Source: Balanoglossus misakiensis | Taxonomy: Eukaryota > Animalia > Hemichordata | Length of the DNA: 64,000 nt | Reading direction: 5' to 3' | Assembly: GCA_040954595.2 (NCBI GenBank) | Contig: CM082578.2 | Span: 4,880,831-4,944,830, forward strand | Shown: one piece after another, positions 12,465 through 38,337 of the stretch | Layout of the letters: every line of letters starts with the position of its first letter | Numbering within the stretch: position 1 is the first letter of the stretch | Translations under genes and position numbers: made by a program | Notes under the pieces: generated by a model | What the model saw: only the letters and a program-made list of their open reading frames with translations | What the model was told of the DNA's origin: nothing | Databases searched by the model: none

Positions 12465-15400
12465 AGTTACAAACTTTCACAGTGCGTCGTACAGTTAATA
12501 ATTGCATCCTCTTCATTATTTCGTATCTCGAAGAATATTTGATATCATGCTACTATCCACCAATCTGGATGAGAGCTCATTTCAACGATGAGCGATGCAT
12601 AACTGTCAAACGGAGTGCATGAGTGTTTCAAATAAAAACATATGGGGACACTTTTTTCGCGTACGCCACCCACTGACCACTTGCTAGATCTCAGTTTACT
12701 GTAGTAACCGTTGCTAAATCTCGCAAAATGTATGGATTACGCGGAATCCTAGCCTCTATTTGAAAACTGGGGACACCAAAGAAAGCAACCGCTTCAAAAA
12801 ATCTGGGAACTCTTGACAAGAAAAGTGAAATCGTTGATTGTCCAATCAGTATTACCGACAGTTTTCCTTAGGATTTTCAATGGAGTCAAGTTAATTGTTG
12901 AGTGTCTTCAAGTTATACATTCCTAAATTCCGCAGTTATCTGGTCACTGGAATAATAATGCTAAAATAGGCTAAATTGGACAAGTCAAGGGGTCGCTTTT
13001 GACTCAACCCGATCCATCTTTCAGAAAAAGTGAAAATCCCAGTAGAATTTACCGGTCGGTGGTATAGAGTTAAACACCGCTGCGAGTAACTGTGTAACAG
13101 CGTCTGACAATCATCAGTTCAAGTCCAAAATATGGAATTAAGATGTATGTGAGATCAATATCTACAAGTTGCATTCAATTTGTGTGGTTATTAATAAACT
13201 TGTACACTGTCCTTCAAGTAACGTCACTGAAGTCACATTTTAGACATTACCATAACATGGGAATGCTATGCTCTCGCTCATTTATCGGGAAATGGCTAAT
13301 GTTATTTTACAAATGGGTTTCCGATTTTTGTGGGAAGACAATGCTTGTCACTCTTTCTCCTCGTCGCCCCTGTCAGTATGACTTTGTTTTCCATTTTGAG
13401 GGTCTTGTCAAGTTGTCTTATTGTTTCCCGGTTGAATCAAATTTTTTCGGGTGCTCAGAATGTTTCCCTCTTTTGCATTGCGACAAAAGAATTCCCTCAA
13501 GCTTCGCTCAATGATTACTCTTATCAAATACGTAGTTTCCACCGCGATTGTATGCTAAGGGCCAAATGTTAACACTAACGATAATCGGTGTTCGTTCGGG
13601 GATTCCCCATCCCGCAAAAAAACAACAATTCAAACGCTTGTATAGAGATTTTACCCCTCTATGATACTGCTGTGATTACGAAATATCTGAGTGGTTCGGA
13701 GTACTACAGATCGTGCATTCCCATGCGTATTGTTTATCTTCTACTTAAATGAAACTGCTTTATTTCGCAGATAGATCCCCGTTTCTTATTTCTGTTATGA
13801 TGACGTATGCCTATTTTCATCTTTGATCAGGTTGTTAAATATTAACAGACTTGCCTGACTTAAATACCCATAAAACACCCACTTCGCTTGTATAAGCGAC
13901 ATATCGGAGCTGCGGTTGGCTTTGTATTTCCTTAAATACTGGTTGCCACATTAGGCCCCTTTCAACCTGCAGTCACTGTGTTCCAGTTAATCCAGGTAGG
14001 TAGCAGGTTTTTGTTTGAGTTCCAAATGCGTAGTTGTAAAAATCAAATACGACGACATATTCATTAGTCAGGCAGACTGTTGATAACTGCTTCGTCACTG
14101 CGACACTAAGTACATATGCGCAGTAGTGTCTTTATCAGAATCGACGTCGACAACCTGTTGTTATAATTTAGTCCCTGTGGTTTTAAAAACAAGTGCTGAG
14201 AGGGGTTGGAATAATTCAGGGGGGGAGGGGAAGGTGGTAGTAAAGATGTCTGGCCGTATTGCATGTCGAGGAGAGATGGAGGATGTATTCCATAGGCATA
14301 AATGTTTCAAATCAAATGTCACGTAATTCTGTCATTGGGCATTTTAATAGCCGTAGCCGAAACTAACAAAACCATTTAACGTGTGGTTCTATACAGGAAA
14401 GCGACCACAGTCCCCGAGTGCAGCTCCTTTCGTCCCATTCTTAGATAAGCCAACTCCTTTTCACTTTCTCTAAAGCATCGTAATATTGATATCCGCATAT
14501 TCCTAATCCCATGCTAACAAGCAGAGTCAGACAATGGACCCAGAATCCCGGATGCAGAATTGAGGTTCTGAAACAAAATTTTAAACTTCTGAAAATTACG
14601 ATAAGGATTTATTTTTAAATGCGACAGCTTACATAGATCGCGGAAGGTAAAATATATATTATTGTGGGGGGGGGGGGGGTTAAAATTACCCGGTATGAAA
14701 TGATACTATGAAATATTGGATCTTCACCTGAAATGCTCCGATCCAAGGGATTTAAAAACCCAACCTTTTCTAAATTTGACTTGAGTATTGCCAGAAACGG
14801 CAGAAAAGGCTATCATTCATGTATAGGTTTATATTTTAAAACAGCATAATACAGAGGCATGATACATGTGTCAAAATAGCAGTTCACCCTCACCTAAATC
14901 TTCAAGCCCACCCCAACATCCTAACGAAATGGACAACCCCCCCCCAGCTTGTAGAACACATTGCTCGCTTTAAATCCCCGTCGACAGAAGTCCGATACTG
15001 TTATTTACATTACGTCGTTATGTTTGTCTTAATACCCCGTTGCCATAGACAGGTTGGGCGTACATAACTTATCCGGGAACAAAGTCCATGCGTTGAACCG
15101 TCTACGTACTTCAGAGACAGACAATAGGATTACCACCGACTATCACCCCATTCGTACTTAACTTACGAATTAGGGAACATAGCCAGGGTGTTTGACCACT
15201 CTCTTGGGCGCGATCGATTCTGTGCAAAAGTGGGCCGTTTGTGTCGTTTACGTACATGTAGTATTCCATATTGGTCGTCTGAGGGTTAGCAGCCAGGAGG
15301 CAAAATCAGATCGTCTGAGCAAACACATCAAATTGTCGTATCCCATTGAGAACTTTGGGCCATGTTGGGGAAGTCACGTTCAAACACTGGCTCCGATATG

Positions 15401-16019
15401 GTGTGATATTTTTAAAAGATGGGGATGGGGTCGCCGTGTGGTTTTGTGCGCCCACTTCTGCTGCGTACCTGGTGCGTCAAGTTACGAGCTCGACACCTAC
15501 CGATATAAAGTAAACATCATGTAAAATAAACCTGTCATTACCGACACTTCTCTATTAAGGACACTCATCTGTTCCCAGATGTGTCCTTAAAAGACAGGTT
15601 TCATTGTATATATTTAAGATTGTGTTGAGTTTATAGCATGAATTAATATTTAAAAAAAATTAAAACCGACTCTATATATACCGCGTCACGGGGCAATTCA
15701 ATGACGACTTCTGTGAGTTTTTGGACGTGTTTTCACACTGACCGATTTCAAAAATTCTGCCTTGTGCTTGAACATGATTTTATTAGGAAAAACTCAAACT
15801 AACAGGAAAAGTTGAAGCTTCACCTTTGTATTCATACAATGTAATTGTAGCCACGTCATCACAGTGACTGTTTTGGAAAGCTACAGACTGCAACATGGCA
15901 ATATTGGATTGTGTATCGTGAGTCGCCTTTTACATTTGACAATTTTTTTTTCTTGTCACTTATTTCAGGATCGCCAATTCTTTTATAGCTGGTAGAGCTA
16001 AAACTATATACCCATCGCG

Positions 16020-29596
<13,577 letters not shown>

Positions 29597-31979
29597 CGCA
29601 CTGCGGCTGCGCGGAAGGACAATTTCCGAAATATCATCATCTCCATCCACTCAACATGCGCACAGGTCGAATAGGCCTACACTTAATCCAAAAATCACGA
29701 GAAATTCAGATACCGTTTATTAATCCCAAATAGGGCATTAGCCCGAGAATAATATTACACGTTTTTCCAAAAATACGGTATATAATATTTTCTGAGATAC
29801 TTTAATACGGTTGCTAATTAAGTAGAGATGTACAATGTATATACTCTAAAAGAGCGATCAACAGTTTATCATGATAACACATAAACTTGAATCTATCTGG
29901 CTATCCTTGAGCTCTGATCTGGATTTTGCAATTTCGTTTACTATTCGTTTAATCTTGGGTTACACGGACTCTACTTTCGCTGTGTGCGGCTTTACACTTT
30001 ATTTTTCTGATAGTGTTTTTTCCGGGTGAAAACAGTGCATTTATACAATATTTGCATGAAATGTAATTAAATTTGAGGCTGTAAAAATCTTAGCACACTG
30101 TCTTTAAATTTCTATGCGTCAGTGGATGTTGGACACTTGTTTGTTTATGCCCGTTTCCATGGTGCGTGATGCAGTGTGTGTAAAAGTTGAAAGTGACATT
30201 CAATAAAAATAAAAACCACGGTGTCTCTGGGCTGAAAAAAATTCCGAATCACTGACAAAGGGAATCCCTTGAAATTTCTTTCTTTTTAGTGGAACATTTA
30301 GCCACATTTCAATACATCTTTGGATTGGGTGTCGTGTAATGAATTTATAGAAAATAAATCATCATGTCACATAACTGATTATCTTGTCAGTAGGCTTAAT
30401 GCCTTATTGGCGCAATAATCCTGCCAATAACATTGAGCACCTTATTTTGTACCAACAAAACCTAGCTACAACTTGAACTTACGCGTATGGGCGCGATTAT
30501 ATGTGCAAATGTGTCCCGCATTGTTTGGATGATATTTCAGACGCCATTTTCATCTCTCAAACCAACATTTTCAACTCTCGAGCCAAAATTTTCAACTCTC
30601 GTCGAGTCTCGTGATATGGGTAAAGTGACCCGACGGTCTGTCAGTCGGTCTCATACCCATGAGACGGGCTGCGGGATTTTACACAAAAATATGTGACTAG
30701 CAAGTCAAGCGTCAAAATGCCATTATAGTACAACAGACAAAAAATGATCATTCCCGGGATGATGTGACATCACCGAAAAATTATTTTGTAATCGGTTGCT
30801 GGCATCACTATTTCATTTTTTCCTAGATATTTGTTTTTTAATCATTATTTTTCTACAATAATTTTTATTCTTCGGTCGGTTTACCTACAGTTTAATTATT
30901 TTGAAATAATTGCTATCATAATTTGCACGTGCTAATTACTAGTATCCAAGTGTCATAGTCCGTATCCGCGGAGTTACAATGTGAGAATTAATATGATGTA
31001 CGAGTAAACGTATAGGCCTGCACGCAGTACTGAAATTCTCGGGAGTTTGATGTTTCAACATGACACAAACATCCCAATGCCCCAGTAAACAACAGCGCGG
31101 CGGCTATTATCACATCTCGATGCGAGGTCATCAGCTTGAAATGCCACAAATGAACACTCGTGGAAATAAACCCAGCAAAAATCACTCAAACAGAAAAAAT
31201 ACATCTGTCACTCTACAGAACCCTGGCTAGGTTAGCTAAAATCTCTGTACGGAGAATGCACAAATGTAAGTGGTCCTGATATCTACGCTTGAATGTTGTA
31301 AAACTTTCGATGTGAGCCCTACCAAATGACTCAAAAGTTCTTGGATATTGCCGGGAAGACGGCACAATAGACAAACGTGAGATTTCAAATCTACTCCGAC
31401 AACAAGCGCGGTAATCGAGTCAGTCTCATGAGGGCGCTGTGTTCAGAGTCATAGGTCACAACAGGGGGAAACCCCTAGGGCTTCATGCGGCGGCTAGCTG
31501 GAACAGTCTGAAGTGGGGCAGGACTTGGCAAGCGACTTTTGATATGTGAGACTGTACAAATCATATTACAGCATTTCAGAAGTAAGCGTACGTTCATCCA
31601 ATCACACAACACAATTTTAAAGATATTAGTAGTCCATGAATGTATACTATAGGCTCTAATATTTCTTCCCCCTATTGTCATTGATTGTGCTTTGCTGACA
31701 TGATGTTCCGAACGACTTCCGGGTTGTAACTTCATAGTATTTCTCAAGTGTTCTGTTATCACTATAATCTGATCGGGCTGCAGGCACAACATGACGTTGC
31801 ACCATCTTTAACCCAGAAGACATATCTTCTTCACAGTACATACAAATGATTCTGAAATGTCAATTATATGTCGAAAACAGCAAGTTGCACTACAACCAAA
31901 CGACATCATGCTTCATGGTAATCCCTAATACTTTTCTGACGTTTACTTCCAATTTCATGTCTTTACAGTTACAACCATA

Positions 31980-33706
31980 ATGACAAATGCATCTAACTCC
32001 AGTAACTATAACATACGCCAGCGTGACTTAAAATATTTCCCTGAGTCGTGCATCTCGAATCGTGAGTTTCAGAAGATAGACGCCAGAGGCAACTACTTAG
32101 AGGGGCTCCCCGATTCCCTAGTTAAACAAAAAAAGTTACGGGTGCTGTGGTTATCTGCGAACAAGTTCACCGCCTTGCCTTTGGTGATCACGAAGTTGCA
32201 GTACTTGACAGTTTTAGACATGAGTCACAATGCTTTGACAACTCTCCCTGCCTCGCTTTGTGACTTAAGTCTTGAAACGCTTCTCTTAAGCCACAACCAG
32301 ATCAGTTCTTTGCCAAAACATCTAAACAAGCTGAAGTATTTAATGGTTTTTGACGTCAGTCACAACCATCTCCAAGAGCTCCCAGAGACAATCTGTGACC
32401 TCGCAGACCTGCACAAATTCCACGCAAGCCACAACAAACTGGCAAAGCTGCCGGATGGTTTCGGTGTTCGACAATGCAAGCTGAGTGACTTCAATGTCAG
32501 TGGCAACCCGATCCGTCAACCGCCACTTGATGTGTGCCTCAAAGGCCCCAAGGATATCCGTGAATACTGGGCCAGAAGGCAGTCCAAACAGTCACATGTC
32601 CAGCAACAAAGACCTCATCCATCCGTGGAATGCAGCTCAAAGAAAGATGACCAGCCACGTGCACCAACAGAGAGAGCCAATAAAGATCTGACATCAAGTT
32701 TGCCACGTGATCAACGGGCTGCCAAATCGGCTGATAAATCTCCCAAGATCATCTCCTACAAGATGGACAATGATCCCCGTGGTGTAGCTGTTATTATCAG
32801 CAACCATCAGTTCACGGAACCCGGGGACGTTAGGGATGGCACTGAAGCTGATACAGGTAATTTTAGAAACAAACACAAACACACACAAAACAAAATGAAT
32901 TTTTAAAAAGCAAGAATTGAGAAAATAAGACAATCTGATATACTATACACATCTATATGTTTTTAAATTCGCCATGGTAATCTTCCTCACGTGCGTTAAC
33001 AGTACTATGGCAGACATTCTGAGCGCGTTTCCTTTGAGTATATAGCCATCGCAGCCTTTTTAATATTTTCTAAATTCTCTCATTATTTTCAGAAAACTTA
33101 AGTCGTCTTTTCACCAAATTGAAGTTCAAGGTCTTAGTGTACAAAGACAAAACGGCAGAGGAGATAGAGAAGATTTTACAGGTGACAAGCATGCAAGACC
33201 ACTCTCAACACGACTGCATGGTGGTCTGTATCCTGTCTCACGGAGGGCCTGGGGTGATCTACGGATGCGATGGCGAACCTCTGCCAGTGATAGAAATGGC
33301 GCGCTACTTCACCGCTCCCGAGTGCGTGCAGCTGCAGAACAAGCCCAAGCTGTTCTTCATGCAGGCTTGCCAGGGAGAGGAACCCTCCCACGGTATGGTT
33401 CAGTTTCCACCACCGGCAGACGCCGCCAGGGGCGGAAAAAGAAGTCGAGCGGCAAGCACCATCATTCCAGTTTGGTGCGACTTCTTGTTAGGGTACTCCA
33501 CTTTCCCCGGTTGCAAGTCCTTCCGCGACCCCGATCCATCACGAGGGTCCTACTACATCAGTAAGTTGGTCCGCTGTATAGAGGAACACCACCAAGATTG
33601 TCATCTGCTGGACATCCTGACCATAGTGAACAATGAAGTAGCCACAGAGAGCGACATAGTGGTTCCAGCTCCGTTATTTACATTGAGAAAATGTGTTTAC
33701 TTGTGA
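31980..33706 (+). CDS. LRR-caspase fusion protein (caspase-8/10-like QACQG catalytic domain), about 496 aa; exons 31980-32856, 33093-33706
   Basis: About 7 LRRs (LxxLxLSxNxLxxLP) with cap NPIRQPPLDVCLKG; low-complexity linker; caspase YKMDNDPRGVAVIISN..RDGTEAD..CILSHG..KPKLFFMQACQG..DFLLGYST.PG..SFR..GSYYI..TLRK. Phase-1 GT-AG intron. An acceptor at 31968 implies an upstream (UTR or coding) exon. Confidence 0.92.
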
Positions 33707-33951
33707 AAACAAAATGATTAAGGTAGAGAACTACCCAGATGCAGTGCATGGTCACATCACATTGCAATGAGAGAGGAGATGATATCTTAATTTAGATTTA
33801 TTTTGTAACACCTTATTATGCAACCAGGCTTTCAACATTCCAGAAAAAATTCAGTATCTTTCTCGGGGTATAATACTGTTCAAGTTAATAACATTTACAA
33901 ATTCGTATGTCATGTATGTATTTTAGGCTGTTTATTTTCCCACTCTTTTAA

Positions 33952-34299
33952 AGGGACAAAGTCTCTCTCTCGCTGCCCTTTTTCTATTAATTATGTTTGA
34001 TACAAGACACCGTTTATGTTATTCTATATGTGGATATATAGTGAAACAATGTTTCGACCACAGACAACTTCCATTCCGCTTGTAGACACGAGAGTGAAAA
34101 ACTCACCAAAATGAATAATCAGTCTTTACCATTTATTCATTTTGGGCGAGTTTTTCACTCTCATATCCTAAAAGCGGGATGGAAAGTGTGTGTGGTTGAA
34201 CTTGATTCACTATATATCCACATGTAGACTAACATAAACGGTGTCTTGTATCAAACATAATTAATAGAAAAAGGGCAGCGAGAGAGAGACTTTGTCCCT
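33952..34299. mobile_element. Kolobok/T2-type foldback MITE (complete)
   Basis: TTAA|AGGGACAAAG...CTTTGTCCCT|TTAA; almost entirely palindromic. Confidence 0.88.
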
Positions 34300-35312
34300 T
34301 TAATTTAATATGTTTTGTGTGTTTGTGTTTAAGTTATTTTATAGTTGTTTATATGTTTTAAAATACATTTTGTTTTGATATTAATTTCCACTTTTGCCAA
34401 GTAACAGTAAGGTTGTTTCAAACAACAAAAACATATTTTAAAGGTGCCTAGAATAAACTCGTTAGTTTGTAACCCTGTCTCGGACCATGAAGTAGGATAA
34501 GTTCTATAGTCCAAACCATTACAGAAATGCACAAGACCTTTTGTGGAACTGTTTATTGAAGAATAAAAGGGACTCAAACGGTCATCTGTGCACAACGCAT
34601 GCCCCGTTAAAGGTAGTCTCAAACGTCTAAAATGTATATTCATGTACAAGGGAACCACACGGTATCACGTGGTCGTGCGCATACCGGACCTCAAAGCCAA
34701 ACTGACCTTCACCTAACAGTGACACCATCGTTTTGTCGTTACTCTATTGAAAGTTAACAATGTACTTCAGACATCTAAACACGTAGATGGCACACAATTG
34801 TCAACGTTTGCTTTTATCCATTATCTTCACATGTAATTAAACATTTCTAGCTATACGTCTAGAAGTCGTTGTTTTAATTTATGGTAGCTGGTCAATAACT
34901 TCTATCTTCCTTCCGCCTTCGATAAAAGGAATACCGACCAGCCGGACCTGACAGGTCACACTGTTATCTAACGACCCAGCTTCACAATACAACCTCTGTT
35001 ATCCATCGCACAACTCTACCACCATTACTATGGCAAAACGATTACAAAATACTGCAGTATTAACTCAATTACGGCACAGCTTCCAAGTTGGCGAGGAGCG
35101 GAACAGCTCACACGGGCAAGTCCAAATTAGCAGCTACACCGCAACACAACGTGCGGGCTTTTTATATGGGGAAAATAATGAATGCACCACACCTGGTCAC
35201 GCAAATATTCAAATTACGAAAGTAAGCGAAAACACACCTGGTCACATAACAATAGCAAACCTAACCTACATAACAATGAACATCTAATTAGGAAATGTGT
35301 TGGGGTACAATC

Positions 35313-35472
35313 CAATCTGATTAAAATCAGATGTAGGGAACGGCGACGTGTTTTTTTTATGCTGTCGCCTCACACTACATCTGACCAACTCTCACTGGAG
35401 CTCCCGTAGTGTGAGGCGACAGCATAAAAAAAAACACGTCGCCGTTCCCTACATCTGATTTTAATCAGATTG
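35313..35472. mobile_element. 160-bp palindromic MITE, CAA..TTG termini, 9-bp TSD
   Basis: GGTACAATC|CAATCTGATTAAAATCAGATGTAGGGAACGGCGAC...CAGATTG|GGTACAATC. Confidence 0.85.
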
Positions 35473-35689
35473 GGTACAATCGTACTTGTCCCCTACTTCA
35501 TTCTGAAGGTCGTATTGATGAACAATAACTTTCTCTGAAAAATATTGAGATAAGTATGTGCTTTAGAAGTGCCCCGTTCACTTTCCTCTACGGTCTAATA
35601 ATGTATTCCCCACCTGGGACTTGCTCACTCAGGTAACGTAACATTCATTCTACTTTGGCTTTGTAGACCTCCGCTCACTGGGATTGTAA

Positions 35690-36869
35690 GGGACCGTTCA
35701 GTTTTTACGGCAGGGGGGGGGGGGGCGGCAAGTTTGAGTCATCGGTTCTCAAAATCAGGCCAACCCCCCCCCCTTCACCCAGGACCAAAAAATGATGACC
35801 CCCCCCCCCTTTGACAGACCCAAAAATATGATGACCCCCCCCCCACGCCCAAAACATTCACCGTCCTGATCCTATGTACACTGTATGCAATAAAGGGAAT
35901 GAGGCTCCTCACACCTCAATTATATATTTCTTAAAGTATTATGGAAGTATACAATAGTATATCGTTGCAATAAAGAAATCTATGAACAAATGAAAATGAC
36001 AAGTCAATACAATAGTTGCTTGAATCGGTAAAACAAGAAAAGTGGTGTGGGAGGGGGTGTCCCCCTCCCACATAAGAAAATTTTGTAAAATACGGTGCTC
36101 AAAGTTGCAATTTAATGAACTCAAAAGCAAATTAACTCAATCTTAGGGAGGACAAATTTTAATTTTGCCACTCCACTCAAAGTAAGCATCGGGGTGGGGT
36201 GGCAAGAAGTCTTCCCTGGTACACTAGACAAACCAGTGAATAAATGCAATGTGGCGAAGAATGGAGGGGGTGGGTGTGGGAGGGGGTGTCCCCCCTCCCA
36301 CATAAGAAAATTTTGTAAAATATGTAGCGCAAAGTTGCATTTTAATGAACTCAAAAGCAAATTATCTCAATGTTTGGGAGGACCAATTTTACTTTTTGCC
36401 ACTCCACTCAAAGTTAGAAGATTTGGCGTCATCTTGTCATGACATCATTTATAAAACTTCTAGTATATAGAAGATGCAGCGCGAAACTATCAGTTATGCA
36501 AAATGGTTTAAACAATTATTCTCCTTTATGTATTCACTTTGTTAAATATTATCATTGGTGGGGTTGGGGTGGCAAGCATTCTGCCCTGGTACACTAGACA
36601 AACCAGCCCAAAATGAAATGTGGCGGAGAATGAAAGGGGTGGGTGTGGGAGGGGGTGTCCCCCTCCCACAGTAGAAAATTTTGTAAAATAAAGGGTGCGA
36701 AACTGCAATTTTGTGGACTCAAAAGCAAAAGTTCGGTGGCAAAAGTATGTGACCCCCCCCTAAACGTTTAAAAAAACCAGATGACCCCCCCCCCCTTGTG
36801 GACTTCAAAATTTAAGCGACCCCCCCTGGATTTTGCCGCCCCCCCCGGCCGTAAAAACTGAACGGTCCC
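35690..36869. mobile_element. PIF/Harbinger-type non-autonomous element, 1.18 kb
   Basis: TAA|GGGACCGTTCAGTTTTTACGGC...GCCGTAAAAACTGAACGGTCCC|TAA (22-bp perfect TIR); ATGACCCCCC subterminal repeats; three internal hairpin-module units. Confidence 0.88.
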
Positions 36870-38337
36870 TAATGGCCTCCATTGCTGAAACCCTAACCTT
36901 ATATCATGCCCCCATCGGGTACTATGGATACAGGGTAGGTCTTAGATTAGCCATACGTCTAGGGGCTTAATTATGCCGTAGTAAATTACATTGTAAATGA
37001 ATTTTAGCCAAATATGTCGCGAGTTATAATAGCAAACTAATCCGTTTAGAACGCATATTCTATACGTCGGAACAGGTAGACAAGACCGAGGTGTGGCAGG
37101 CGAGGGGTGTTATTGTCGATTCACGTCACCACCTGAGGGCGTAATATATATCGGACAATACCTGCAATGTTGCGAATACTAGTATACTGAATTATTTGCC
37201 TTTTTTAACACTTATTTCATTATTTTGATTATTTGCTTATTTCATTATGATTTTGTAATTGTTTTTCACATTTTAACAAGCAAGGGAGTCAAGGATCTGA
37301 TATTGACAGAATAGGGTTAGAGTATATGGTTAGGGATAGGGTAAGGGTTAGGTTTGGGGTTCATTCACTCAAGATACTGCATCATTCCCTATAGGGCCTA
37401 TATACCGGTATACAGGGACTGAGGGAGTGATGCTTTGGAGCGAATATACACTAACCCTAACCTATCAACAAACAAACAATACAAACAACTTCACCCTATT
37501 TGTAAACAAACAAACAAACAAACAAACATTTTTGTTCATTATATCAATCAATAACATCAAACCAAAAACATACACACTACAATATATAGTACAAACAAGG
37601 AGGAAGAGCTCCCTGTATAGCCTAGTGAGAAGCCGATAAAACTGTCACCTGGATTCCAAACAGCATACTAATCTGACAATAGGGGAACATTGGACTTGTG
37701 TTGCAGTACGGCTAAGCTGAGGGGAGGGGAGTAACCCCCGACCATCCCCAACACCTACCCAGGCTTTACGCTTACCATTTTGCTACGGCAGCATATACCA
37801 GCACAGACCGGATTTTTTGTGAAATCTAGGCTGTGCATCTTATACATAATTCATTACTTTCTCCGTGGGAGAAACTATTCTTTTGATAGGTACGTTGTGA
37901 AAACAAAATCTGCAATTAATTTGAATATGTAGGGTAACCGTTGCGGTATTATGCTTAAATTTTTATTTTTATATCCACTTAATACATTTTTATCACAACA
38001 TTTCAACCTGTGTTTGATCAAATGTGAATTTATGATAAGATTCGTTCTCAGGCCTGTCCCACCGCGCCCCTCAAAGCATATACACTGTGTGCCTGGGCTT
38101 GGGAAAGTTCGTGACCTGAGTGATGTCATATCCTTACAGCTGTACCAGTCAAATCCAGTATATACATACACGACCAGATTCCAATCGAGGATGTGAATTT
38201 GAAAGGTTTTCTGAAAAAAATTGCCTTTTTTGTGTTGGTTCATTCGGAAAGGTTACGGTCTCACAATATTTTGAGACATACGAGAACTAAACGGGCCTTA
38301 ATCAGTTAATTTATATAGTGTAATCGCAACCAAATAC

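Noticed and set aside
37312-37462. TTAGGG-like words
   Set aside because: Few and degenerate; not an interstitial telomere array.
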